Below are positions 1-8,630 of a DNA stretch of 53,016 nucleotides, piece after piece (the stretch's first letter is position 1; every line of letters begins with the position of its first letter). The stretch comes from an uncultured Vicinamibacterales bacterium. GTDB taxonomy: Bacteria > Acidobacteriota > Vicinamibacteria > Vicinamibacterales > JAHECP01. The notes under the pieces are model-generated. The model was given only the letters and a program-made list of their open reading frames with translations. It had not been told where the DNA came from and did no database searches. The stretch is taken from positions 1 through 53,016 of the forward strand of contig CAYZKQ010000001.1 of the NCBI GenBank assembly GCA_964478975.1, given 5' to 3'. Made by a program: the position numbers and the translations under genes.

Positions 1-490
1 CCTGGAGGCGGCGCGGGCCGGCGACCGCCCGCAGGTGCACGTAACGGGCGGCGTCGACTACGCGAATCCGAACCCGCGCATCCTGCCGCGCGAGCGGGTG
101 TGGCAGTCGTCGTGGGACGCCGGCATCAGCGTCGCCTGGTCAGTCTGGGATGGGGGCCGCGTGCGCGCGCAGCAGGCCGAAGCGGCCGCCGCCGCGCGGG
201 CCAGTCGGGAGCGCCTGCTCGAGTTCGACACGCGCCTCGAGGTCGACGTCCGGCAGCGCCGGCTCGACCTCGAATCCAGTCTCGCCGCACTGGCCGCGGC
301 GGAGGCGGCGGTGCAGGCCGCGGCTGAAGCGCGGCGGGTCGTGACCGAACGCTACCGGCAGGGCCTGGCCACCAACACGGAGGTCCTCGACGCGCAGACG
401 GCGCTGCTCGAAGCCGAACTCGAGCGGACGCGCGCCATCGCGGCGAGCCGGCTCGCCGAAGCCGCCCTGCAGCGGGCGCTCGGCCGGTGA
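1..490 (+). CDS. Outer-membrane efflux protein (TolC/OprM family), C-terminal part; 5' end outside the window
   Basis: The reading frame is open from the window edge to the TGA at 488-490. The Ala/Leu/Glu-rich coiled-coil tail (RYRQGLATNTEVLDAQTALLEAELERTRA) is typical of the TolC family. ABC-2 exporter genes follow directly. Confidence 0.7.
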   Translation, partial: LEAARAGDRPQVHVTGGVDYANPNPRILPRERVWQSSWDAGISVAWSVWDGGRVRAQQAEAAAAARASRERLLEFDTRLEVDVRQRRLDLESSLAALAAAEAAVQAAAEARRVVTERYRQGLATNTEVLDAQTALLEAELERTRAIAASRLAEAALQRALGR

Positions 491-514
491 CCGGCCGGCG
501 CGTCGGAAGAGGCC

Positions 515-1474
515 ATGCCAGCCATCGAGGTCCGCAACCTGACGCGCCGGTTCGGGCGCTTCGTCGCCGTCGACGGCGTCAGCTTCGACGTGGCCGAGGG
601 CGAGGTCTTCGGGTTCCTCGGCGCCAACGGCGCCGGCAAATCGACGACGATCCGAATGCTCTGTGGGTTGCTCCGGCCGACGCGGGGCACGGCCCGCGTG
701 GCCGGCCTCGACGTCACCCGCGACCCGGAAAGCGTCAAGCGGCGCATCGGCTACATGTCGCAGCGCTTCTCGCTCTACGAGTCGCTCACCGTCGACGAGA
801 ACATCCGCTTTTTCGGCGGGCTCTATGGGCTCTCGGACGCCCGCCTCGCCGAGCGGCGCCGCTTCGTGCTCGAGATGGCGGGCCTCGTGGGCCGGGAGGC
901 GACGCGGGCCCGGGACCTCGCCGGCGGGTGGCGCCAGCGCCTCGCCCTGGGCTGCGCGATCCTGCACGAGCCGCCCATTCTCTTTCTCGACGAACCGACG
1001 GGGGGCGTCGACCCCGCCTCCCGGCGGGACTTTTGGCACCTCATCGACGAGCTCGCGGACCGCGGCGTCACGATTCTGGTGACCACGCACTACCTAGACG
1101 AGGCCGAGCGCTGCCACCGCGTGGCGATCATGCACGCCGGGCGCCTCGCGGCGATCGGCCGCATCCGGGACGTGAAGCGGATCTTCGACGACCGGCCCAT
1201 CGTCGAGGTCCGGGTCGACCGTCCGGTGGAGGCCATGGCCGTGCTCGACGCGATGCCCGAGGTGGAGAAAACCAGCCTGTTCGGCACGGCGGTCCATGCC
1301 GTCCTGAAAGTCCCGCGGCCGGACGAGGTCCCCATCGTCGCGCGCCTGCGCGCGGCCGGCCTGACGGTCGGGGCTGTCGAGGTCGTCCCGCCGTCGCTCG
1401 AGGACGTGTTTCTGGACGTGGTGGAACGGGCGGGTGGGACGGACGCCGGACCGCAGCACGCGGAGACGACATGA
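515..1474 (+). CDS. ABC transporter ATP-binding protein (ABC-2 / YbhF-like exporter)
   Basis: Walker A GANGAGKST, signature-like LAGGWRQRL, Walker B ILFLDEPT. The stop overlaps the next start (ATGA at 1471-1474). Confidence 0.93.
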   Translation: MPAIEVRNLTRRFGRFVAVDGVSFDVAEGEVFGFLGANGAGKSTTIRMLCGLLRPTRGTARVAGLDVTRDPESVKRRIGYMSQRFSLYESLTVDENIRFFGGLYGLSDARLAERRRFVLEMAGLVGREATRARDLAGGWRQRLALGCAILHEPPILFLDEPTGGVDPASRRDFWHLIDELADRGVTILVTTHYLDEAERCHRVAIMHAGRLAAIGRIRDVKRIFDDRPIVEVRVDRPVEAMAVLDAMPEVEKTSLFGTAVHAVLKVPRPDEVPIVARLRAAGLTVGAVEVVPPSLEDVFLDVVERAGGTDAGPQHAETT

Positions 1475-2580
1475 GGATCCTGGCCGTCGTCCGCAAGGAG
1501 TTCCGGCAAATCGGGCGCGACCGCCGGACCTTGTTCATCCTGCTGGTCGTCCCGGTCCTGCTCCTCGTGTTCTACGGCTACGCGTTGAACTTCGACATCC
1601 GCCACGTGGCCCTCGCGGTGGCCGACCGCGACGGCAGCCCCGAGAGCCGGCAGCTCGTGTCCGCCTTCGTCAACTCCGGGTATTTCGACTACGTCGCCCG
1701 GGTCGAGCACCCCGCGGACATCGACCGGCTCCTGGACACCGGCCGGGCCCGAGCCGTTCTCGTGATTCCGGAGCGGTTCGGCCGCCAGGTGCGCGCGGGC
1801 GAGGGGGCCACGGTCCAGATGATCGTGAATGGCGACAACGCCAACACCGGGTCGACCGTCGTGGGCTACGTCACCCGCGTCGTGAGCGGAGCGGCGGCGG
1901 CGATCGCGGGCGGGCCGGGCGTCCGCGTGCCCTTGCTCGTCACGGTCGAGCCGCGCATCTGGTACAACCCGGAGCTCCGGAGCACGCTCTTTCTCGTCCC
2001 CGGGCTCATCGCCTTCATCGCCATGATCGTCGGGGCCGCGTCGACGGCGCTCTCGATCGTCCGTGAAAAGGAGAGCGGGACGATGGAGCAGGTGCGGATG
2101 GCGCCCATCGGGGGGTTCGAGTACATCGTCGGGAAAACCCTGCCCTATCTGCTGCTGTCCTTCGCCTCGTCCATGTTCATCGTGCTGGTGTCGATGGGCC
2201 TGTTCGGCCTGCCGATGCGCGGCACCTGGGGGGCGCTCGTGCTGGCCGTGGCGGTGTTTCTCCTCGGCGCGCTGGCTACGGGCTTGTTCATCTCGACCGT
2301 GGCCGAGACCCAGCAGGTCGCGTTCCTGATGGCGCTGCTCATCACGTTTCTGCCGACGTTCATCCTGTCGGGTTTCATCTTTCCGATTTCGAGCATGCCG
2401 CGGGCGCTCCAGGTCGTGACCTATGCCGTGCCGGCCCGCTACTTTCTGGTCGTGTTGCGCGGGATCGTCCTCAAAGGGTCGAGCCTGAGCGTGTTGGCCG
2501 CGCCCATGTGGGCCCTGGTCGCTTACGCCGCGGTTTTTCTGGGGCTGGCCTCCCTTCGACTCGCTCGGGAGCACCGCTAG
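1471..2580 (+). CDS. ABC-2 type transporter permease
   Basis: ATG 1471 overlaps the upstream stop. The N-terminus MRILAVVRKEFRQIGRDRRTLFILLVVPVLL and a C-terminal cluster of hydrophobic helices are typical of ABC-2 permeases (YbhS/YbhR-like). Confidence 0.85.
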   Translation: MRILAVVRKEFRQIGRDRRTLFILLVVPVLLLVFYGYALNFDIRHVALAVADRDGSPESRQLVSAFVNSGYFDYVARVEHPADIDRLLDTGRARAVLVIPERFGRQVRAGEGATVQMIVNGDNANTGSTVVGYVTRVVSGAAAAIAGGPGVRVPLLVTVEPRIWYNPELRSTLFLVPGLIAFIAMIVGAASTALSIVREKESGTMEQVRMAPIGGFEYIVGKTLPYLLLSFASSMFIVLVSMGLFGLPMRGTWGALVLAVAVFLLGALATGLFISTVAETQQVAFLMALLITFLPTFILSGFIFPISSMPRALQVVTYAVPARYFLVVLRGIVLKGSSLSVLAAPMWALVAYAAVFLGLASLRLAREHR

Positions 2581-3743
2581 TGCCGCGCGCCACCTTCCTG
2601 TTCCGCGGGCCCTCGTCGTTCTCCGGCTGGCGCCGCGTCCTGTTCCTGGCACGCAAGGAGCTCATTGAGCTCAGGCGGGATCGGCGGCTGTTCTTCATCG
2701 TGATCGCCGCGCCCATCATCCAGTTGACGCTGCTCGGCTACGCGGCCACGACCGACGTGCGCAACGTGCCGGTCGTGGTGGCCGACGGGGACCGCTCGCG
2801 CCAGAGCCGCGCGCTCATCGGCCGGCTCGAGGCCTCGCCCTACTTCGAGGTGGTCGACACGGTCACGACCGTGGGGCAGATCGACGGCTACCTGCAGCGA
2901 GGGCTGGCGTGGATGGCCCTGTCGATCCCCCCGGGCTACGGGCGCCGCGTCGACGCCGGCGAAGGGGCCGCGGTACAGGTCGTGGCCGACGGCACGGACG
3001 GCAGCTCCACGACGGTGGCGCTCGGCTACGCGGTGAACCTCGTGGCTGGCCACGCGCAGGAGCTGCAGCGCGAGCGGCGGCCGACCCAGACGGCGCGGTC
3101 GCCCCTGGACGTGGAGGTCCGCGTCTGGTTCAACCCCGAGCTCGACAGCCGCGATTTCATGATCCCGGGCGTGCTCGCGTTGCTCCTGATGGTCGTGACG
3201 GCCAATCTGTCGGCCATGGCGATCGTGCGGGAGCGCGAAGCCGGCACCTTCGAGCAGCTCGCGGTCACCCCGCTCCGGCGGTGGGAGCTCATCGTCGGCA
3301 AGCTGTTGCCGTTCGCCCTCGTGGGCATGCTCGATGTCCTCCTCGTCACCGGCGTCGCCATCGGGTGGTTCGAGGTGCCGCTCAAGGGCAGCTTCGCGCT
3401 GCTCGTGGCGATGAGCGGCGTCTACCTGCTCACGACTCTCGGGGTCGGCCTGTTCGTGTCGACCGTCTCGTCCACCCAGCAGCAGGCGATGCTGACCGCC
3501 GTGTTCTTCTTCTTCTTCCCGATGCTGTATCTGTCCGGTTTCGTGTTTCCGATCGAGAACATGCCGCGAACGATTCAGCCGCTCACCTACCTCGTGCCGC
3601 TCCGGTACTACCTCGTCATCGTCCGGGGGATTTTCCTGAAGGGGGTGGGGCTGGACACGCTGTGGCCCGAGGCCCTCGCGCTGGGGGGGGGCCTGGGGAT
3701 TCTGGGGCTGGCGGTGGCGCGATCGCGGAAGCGGCTGGATTGA
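2580..3743 (+). CDS. ABC-2 type transporter permease (paralogue of the preceding gene)
   Basis: GTG 2580 overlaps the TAG of the previous gene. It has the LARKELIELRRDRRLFFIVIAAPIIQL motif and the same architecture as 1471-2580. The exact start is uncertain. Confidence 0.82.
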   Translation: MPRATFLFRGPSSFSGWRRVLFLARKELIELRRDRRLFFIVIAAPIIQLTLLGYAATTDVRNVPVVVADGDRSRQSRALIGRLEASPYFEVVDTVTTVGQIDGYLQRGLAWMALSIPPGYGRRVDAGEGAAVQVVADGTDGSSTTVALGYAVNLVAGHAQELQRERRPTQTARSPLDVEVRVWFNPELDSRDFMIPGVLALLLMVVTANLSAMAIVREREAGTFEQLAVTPLRRWELIVGKLLPFALVGMLDVLLVTGVAIGWFEVPLKGSFALLVAMSGVYLLTTLGVGLFVSTVSSTQQQAMLTAVFFFFFPMLYLSGFVFPIENMPRTIQPLTYLVPLRYYLVIVRGIFLKGVGLDTLWPEALALGGGLGILGLAVARSRKRLD

Positions 3744-3770
3744 CGGACAGGGCGCGCCGTCCCGCCGCCC

Positions 3771-4880
3771 TCACGCGGCGCGCGCCGCGAGGACGAGCTG
3801 CCGGATCATCCACGCGAGCGTCACGCCCGCGGCCGCGAGCAGGACGGCGAACAGCACGATCGCGCCCCACTGGGGTGCGACCCACGAGGCCGGCGCGAAG
3901 CCCGCCGCCTCGATGGCGGCCCGGCGGACGTGGTCCCGCGTCACCACCATGCAGGCGACCGAGAGCACGGCGGCGGCGGCGCCGCCACGGACGAACGGTG
4001 CGGGCCGCGGGGACGCCATGCCTCCGATCATCAACGCCACCGCGGCGACGCCAGCCGCGACGCCGGCGGCGAGGACGGCGCCAGCCGCCGGATCCGCGCC
4101 GCCCACGAGGTGCTCGATCGTCGGGCGCGGCAGCGCGCCCAGCCACCAGAAACCCACCAGAACATTCAGCATCGTGGCCGCGACGAACCACACGCTCCCG
4201 CGGCGCACGGCCCACGTGCCGAAGGCCGGCGCGCGCGACCGGACGCCGAGGCCGCCGAGCGCCGTCGCCAGGCCGGAGACCGCCACGGCGCCGAGCAGCA
4301 TGTGCAGAAACCGTGGCACGAGCGCCGGATCGCCCAGGGCGAGGTGCAGGCCACGCGGATCGGCGTGATACCGCGCGGCGAGCTCGTCGGGGCGCAGCAT
4401 CACGCTCATGTTGGTCGAGTAGATGACGCCGACGCCGATCAGGACGACCGCCACCGCGCCGGCGAGCGCGGCCGAGCAGCGGGACGACGACGTGCCCTGG
4501 AAGGCCAGCGCGTACGCTCCGTAGTAGGCCGCGATGAGCAAGAAGATCACCGACAGCCACGCCCACGCCATCACTACAGAGGAGGCGAAGAAGAGCCGCC
4601 CGTAGAGGACCTGGAGAAACAGCAGCGCGGCGACGCCGAGCGTGACCGTGGCGGCGAAGAGCACGGGCAGCGCCGCCGCCCACCGGCGGGCGAGCTCGCC
4701 GTCGTGGCCGTGGGGCGAACTCCGCGCGCGTACCCGGGCCACCGCGGCCAGGATGGCGCCACCGAGGAGCAGATTCATCGCCAGCGCGTGGAGCAGGAAC
4801 GTCAACAGAAGCCACGCCTGGAGGAACCACACCGGCGCGGGCAGCGGCAGGGGATCGGGTTGAGGCAGGCCGGGGGTCAT
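3771..4880 (-). CDS. Polytopic inner-membrane protein of unknown family (last gene of the por/nfn/cytochrome operon)
   Basis: ATG at 4880 overlaps the stop of the upstream gene (ATGA). It is 369 aa with roughly 9-10 hydrophobic segments (e.g. WFLQAWLLLTFLLHALAMNLLLGGAILAAV, VMAWAWLSVIFLLIAAYYGAYALAF). I could not assign any catalytic motif. Confidence 0.7.
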   Translation of the reverse strand: MTPGLPQPDPLPLPAPVWFLQAWLLLTFLLHALAMNLLLGGAILAAVARVRARSSPHGHDGELARRWAAALPVLFAATVTLGVAALLFLQVLYGRLFFASSVVMAWAWLSVIFLLIAAYYGAYALAFQGTSSSRCSAALAGAVAVVLIGVGVIYSTNMSVMLRPDELAARYHADPRGLHLALGDPALVPRFLHMLLGAVAVSGLATALGGLGVRSRAPAFGTWAVRRGSVWFVAATMLNVLVGFWWLGALPRPTIEHLVGGADPAAGAVLAAGVAAGVAAVALMIGGMASPRPAPFVRGGAAAAVLSVACMVVTRDHVRRAAIEAAGFAPASWVAPQWGAIVLFAVLLAAAGVTLAWMIRQLVLAARAA

Positions 4881-6595
4881 CGATCGCGCTCCTGGATCCG
4901 AGGCGCCTCGAGGCCGGCGAGGTACTCGGCGACCGCCCGCCGTTCGGCGTCGGTGCCCTCGAACGGGGGCATGAGCTCGCTGACCTCGGGCAGCCGGCCG
5001 ATCAGGTCGATGAGCTCGTCGAGCCGGCGGCCGCGGCCGGCGATCGGGAAGTCGCCGCCCGGGCCGTGGCACGCGCCGCAGTGCTCCTCGAAGTAGCGTT
5101 CCCCGAGCGTCGCCGCCGCCGCCCGCGCGGCACTCGCCCCGCCGAGGCTCGCCAGGTACGCCGCCAGCGCGCGGCGCTCCTCGGCGGTCCCGACGAAGGG
5201 GGGCATGCGGCGCCCGCGCCACGTCTCGAGCCGCAGGTCGGGATAATCCCAGCCCACCGGACGGCCGCCGGCGTCGACCGGGCGCGCGAGGCGCGCGAGC
5301 ACGCCGGAGAGCGCGGCCGCGCTCCGGCCACTCACAAGCTTGCGGATTCCGAGGTAGCCGTCGATCGTGTGGCACGCGGCGCACTCGCGCACGAAGAGTG
5401 CGCGTCCAGCCGCGAGCAGGCGGTCAGGGTCGCCGGTGTTCGTCGGTTCCACGCCCGGCCGCCCCCAGAGACTCGCGGCCAGTACCCCGCGCGCGTTCAG
5501 CGCGTCGATCGCGAACGGATCGGGCGCCACCCGGTCCCGGGCCGCGGTCGCGGGCGGTGGCAGGCGCACGCTGTTGACGAACATGTACCGGCCGATCACG
5601 TACGGCTTGCGCAGATCCTCGCGCACCCACTCGGCCCCGCCGACGGCGGCGAGGCCCAGGAGCATGAGCGAGGCGGCGGCGCCGCGCCCGTACCGCCGCG
5701 GACGCCCCCACACGATGGCGGCGGTTCCGGCCGCGAGGAGCGCGCACGCCGCCACGGCCACGCCCGCCGCGCGCTGCGCGACCGGATGGCCGCTCGCCGC
5801 CCCTTTCGCGATCGCACGCACGAGCGCCGCGAGGCCATCTCCGGTCACGCCGAAGATCTCCCGCACCGGCACGCCCGCCCCCGCGGCAGCGGTCAGGTAC
5901 CACACCGTCGCCGCCGGCAGGAGCACCGCGGCTGGGGCGATCCAGCCGAGGCCCGCGTCGCGCGCCACCCGGACTTTGAGCTCCGGGTCCCGCGTCCACG
6001 CGGCGACCGCCAGCGCGTAGAGCCCGGCGAGACCGACGGCCCCGAGCGTCCGGAGCACGAGCGCGGGCCAGTAGGTGGGGTTGAAAAACGCGTCCCACAG
6101 GCTGCGCGTCACGAGCCACCGCCCGGGCGTCAGCATGAAGGTCAGGATCCCGTTGATGATCGCCAGCGACGCCCAGGCGGCCGCGAAGTAGATCCAGCCG
6201 ACCGCCAGGTGCGTCCGGGGATCGAGTCGGTCCCACCCGTAGGCGTAGACCAGGGCCGCGGCGATCTCGACGACGAAGAACGTCCACTCGATCGCCCAGA
6301 CCCAGACGAAGGCGTTGATGAGCGCCGAGGTGGCCGCGGGCTGGACCAGGCCGATCGTGAACCAGATGCCGACGCCCGTCAGGGCGCCGAACACCAGCGT
6401 CAGGAGCACGAAGAAGCGGCTGAGCCGCCGGACGAACGCGAGGAGCGCCGCGTCCTCCCGCCGGCGCGCCCGGCGTTCGGCCAGGACGAGGAACAGGCCG
6501 CCGCCGACCGCGAAGTGCGACACGAAGACGTGGACGATCGCGACCCCCGCGATGAGCAAGCCTGCGGCCGGGAGCTCCCAGATCGGGTAGTTCAT
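4877..6595 (-). CDS. Cytochrome bd subunit-I (CydA)-like membrane domain fused to two C-terminal class-I c-type cytochrome domains
   Basis: ATG 6595 overlaps the porB stop (ATGA). The N-terminal polytopic part has IVHVFVSHF, AIEWTFFVVE and GWDRL, which align by eye with the E. coli CydA helix 1-4 core. The C-terminal part has two CxxCH sites (CAACH, CGACH). Each is followed by MPPF-GT-EERRA-A-YLA, indicating a tandem domain duplication. Confidence 0.8.
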   Translation of the reverse strand: MNYPIWELPAAGLLIAGVAIVHVFVSHFAVGGGLFLVLAERRARRREDAALLAFVRRLSRFFVLLTLVFGALTGVGIWFTIGLVQPAATSALINAFVWVWAIEWTFFVVEIAAALVYAYGWDRLDPRTHLAVGWIYFAAAWASLAIINGILTFMLTPGRWLVTRSLWDAFFNPTYWPALVLRTLGAVGLAGLYALAVAAWTRDPELKVRVARDAGLGWIAPAAVLLPAATVWYLTAAAGAGVPVREIFGVTGDGLAALVRAIAKGAASGHPVAQRAAGVAVAACALLAAGTAAIVWGRPRRYGRGAAASLMLLGLAAVGGAEWVREDLRKPYVIGRYMFVNSVRLPPPATAARDRVAPDPFAIDALNARGVLAASLWGRPGVEPTNTGDPDRLLAAGRALFVRECAACHTIDGYLGIRKLVSGRSAAALSGVLARLARPVDAGGRPVGWDYPDLRLETWRGRRMPPFVGTAEERRALAAYLASLGGASAARAAAATLGERYFEEHCGACHGPGGDFPIAGRGRRLDELIDLIGRLPEVSELMPPFEGTDAERRAVAEYLAGLEAPRIQERDR

Positions 6596-7476
6596 CGCGC
6601 GGCGTGGCTCAGGATGTCGTGCCAGCGCTGGTCGACCGCCTGGCGCACCTGTTCCAGGGCGTCCGGGTCGTTCACCAGGTCGCGGAAGCGACCCTGGCCT
6701 CGCAGATATTCCTCGATCGCTACCGGCGCCGGGTTGACGGTCAGCCGCCAGGTGCGGCCGTCCTCGACCTCGACGAGGGGGAAGACGCGCGCGGCGACGG
6801 CGAGGCGCACGTAGCGGATCGCGTGCTCCGAGGGAATCTTCCACCCGGGCGGACAGGGCGAGAGCAGGTGGATGAAGCGCGTCCCGGTGACCCGCCTGGC
6901 GCGCTGGAGTTTCGCCACCAGGTCGTCCGGATACGCGACCGTGGCCGTGGCGGCGTACGGGATCCGGTGCGCCACCATGATGGCGAGCAGGTCCTTCTTC
7001 GGCTGGGCCTTCCGCCCCGGCGTCGTGGTCGTCCACGCGCCCATCGGCGTGGCCGAGCTCCGCTGGATCCCGGTGTTCATGTAGGCTTCGTTGTCGTAAC
7101 AGATGTAGATGAAGTCCTCGTTCCGCTCGGCGGCGGCCGAGAGCGCCTGGATCCCGATGTCGAACGTGCCGCCGTCGCCGGCCCACGCGACGACCGTCGT
7201 CTCGCGGTCGCCCTTGAGGTCCAGCGCCGCGCGGACGCCCGACGCGGCGGCCGCCGCCGACGCGAACGGCGTGTGCATGACGGGCACCCCGGCGGCGCTG
7301 TAGGGCGACGGCCCGTCGATGATCGACCAGCAGCACGCCGGGATGACGAGCACGGTCCGGCGGCCGAGCGCCTTGAGGACGAGGCGCATGGCGAGGGCCG
7401 CGCCGCAGCCCGCGCACCCGAGGTGCCCGGGGGCGAGGATCTCGACGTCGGGAACGGCGTAGGTGGCCTGCGTCAT
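6592..7476 (-). CDS. porB: 2-oxoacid:ferredoxin oxidoreductase beta subunit (TPP-binding)
   Basis: TPP motif WAGDGGTFDIGIQALSAAAERNEDFIYICYDNEAYMNTG. Cys ligands occur in GCAGCG, PACCW and SPCPPGW. ATG 7476 overlaps the porA stop. Confidence 0.9.
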   Translation of the reverse strand: MTQATYAVPDVEILAPGHLGCAGCGAALAMRLVLKALGRRTVLVIPACCWSIIDGPSPYSAAGVPVMHTPFASAAAAASGVRAALDLKGDRETTVVAWAGDGGTFDIGIQALSAAAERNEDFIYICYDNEAYMNTGIQRSSATPMGAWTTTTPGRKAQPKKDLLAIMVAHRIPYAATATVAYPDDLVAKLQRARRVTGTRFIHLLSPCPPGWKIPSEHAIRYVRLAVAARVFPLVEVEDGRTWRLTVNPAPVAIEEYLRGQGRFRDLVNDPDALEQVRQAVDQRWHDILSHAAR

Positions 7477-8630
7477 GGCTTCAACCCCACCCACAGGCTG
7501 TCGTGCGACGGCCGGTCGTGCGCCCTAGCATCGTCGAGCACCGCGTCGAGCGTATCGGGCGTCACGTCGCGGCCGCCGAGGCCGGCGATATACGAGAACA
7601 CGACCGGCGCGGACGGCTGGTTGCAGAACGCCGCGCGGATCTCGGACGCCATGATGCCGCCGTGGCCGAACGAGAGGTTCCGGTCCACGACGGCGAGCTT
7701 GGCCGCCCGGCCGAGCAGGCGGCGCACGTGGTCGAAGGGGAAGGGCCGGAACAACCGGATCTTCGCCAGCCCGACGCGCTCGCCCCGCTGGCGCCGGGCG
7801 TCCACGACGCCGCGGGCCGTGCCGGCGATGGTCCCGGCGGTGACGAGGAGCAGGTCGGCGTCCTCGGCGCGGTAGGTGTCGAGGATCGGGTGATAGCGCC
7901 CGAAGCGCTCGCCGTACTCGCGGGCCGCCGCGTCGGCCACGCCCACCGCCGCCTGCAGGGCGCGCTCCATCCGGGCCCGCAGCTCCATGTAGCCGTCACC
8001 CGACGGGAGCCCGCCGAAGGCCCGCGGCTGGTCGACGTCGAGCGCGTAGGGCGGGGCGAACGGCGGCAGGTAGTCGTCGACGGCCGCCTGGTCGGGGATC
8101 GCGACCGGCTCTGAGGTGTGCGACAGGAAGAAGGCGTCAAGACACACCATCGCCGGCATCAGGACGCGCTCGGCCACCTTGAAGGCCTGGATGATCGTGT
8201 CGAGCACTTCCTGGTTGTTCTCGCAGTAGTACTGGATCCAGCCCGTGTCGCGCTGCGAGAGGCTGTCGGTCTGGTCGGCGAAGATGTTCCAGGGCGAGCC
8301 CAACGCCCGGTTCACGTTGGCCAGGACCACCGGCAACCGCGCGCCGGCGCACCAGTGCAGCATCTCGTGCATGTAGGCGAGGCCGTGCGAGGAGGTGGCG
8401 GTGAAGGCCCGGAGCCCCGCTTGCGACGCGCCGGCGCAGGTGGCCAGCGCGGAGTGCTCCGACTCGACGGCGACGAACCGCGCGTCGAGGCGCCCGTCGG
8501 CGCACATCTCCGAGAGCAGCTCGACGACCCCAGAGGACGGCGTGATGGGGTAGGCGGCGATCACGCGCGCCCGCGCGAGCTGCACCGCGTACGAAATCGC
8601 GTGCGTGCCCTCGATGACCTTCGTCGTCAT
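7473..8630 (-). CDS. porA: 2-oxoacid:ferredoxin oxidoreductase alpha subunit
   Basis: The N-terminus MTTKVIEGTHAISYAVQLARARVIAAYPITPSS is the classic PorA/VorA/KorA start. It is 385 aa. ATG 8630 overlaps the stop of the upstream fusion gene. Confidence 0.9.
   Translation of the reverse strand: MTTKVIEGTHAISYAVQLARARVIAAYPITPSSGVVELLSEMCADGRLDARFVAVESEHSALATCAGASQAGLRAFTATSSHGLAYMHEMLHWCAGARLPVVLANVNRALGSPWNIFADQTDSLSQRDTGWIQYYCENNQEVLDTIIQAFKVAERVLMPAMVCLDAFFLSHTSEPVAIPDQAAVDDYLPPFAPPYALDVDQPRAFGGLPSGDGYMELRARMERALQAAVGVADAAAREYGERFGRYHPILDTYRAEDADLLLVTAGTIAGTARGVVDARRQRGERVGLAKIRLFRPFPFDHVRRLLGRAAKLAVVDRNLSFGHGGIMASEIRAAFCNQPSAPVVFSYIAGLGGRDVTPDTLDAVLDDARAHDRPSHDSLWVGLKP

Noticed and set aside
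487-2580. 697-aa ORF covering the ABC ATPase and first permease
   Set aside because: The first 328 codons or so are an alternative frame of the ATPase gene. Only the part from ATG 1471 (MRILAVVRKEF...) is protein-like.
4877-7417. 846-aa ORF suggesting one giant gene spanning the cytochrome and porB regions
   Set aside because: The N-terminal 274 codons are an out-of-frame read through porB and are Arg/Gly-rich junk. The real protein starts at MNYPIWELP (ATG 6595), exactly overlapping the porB stop.
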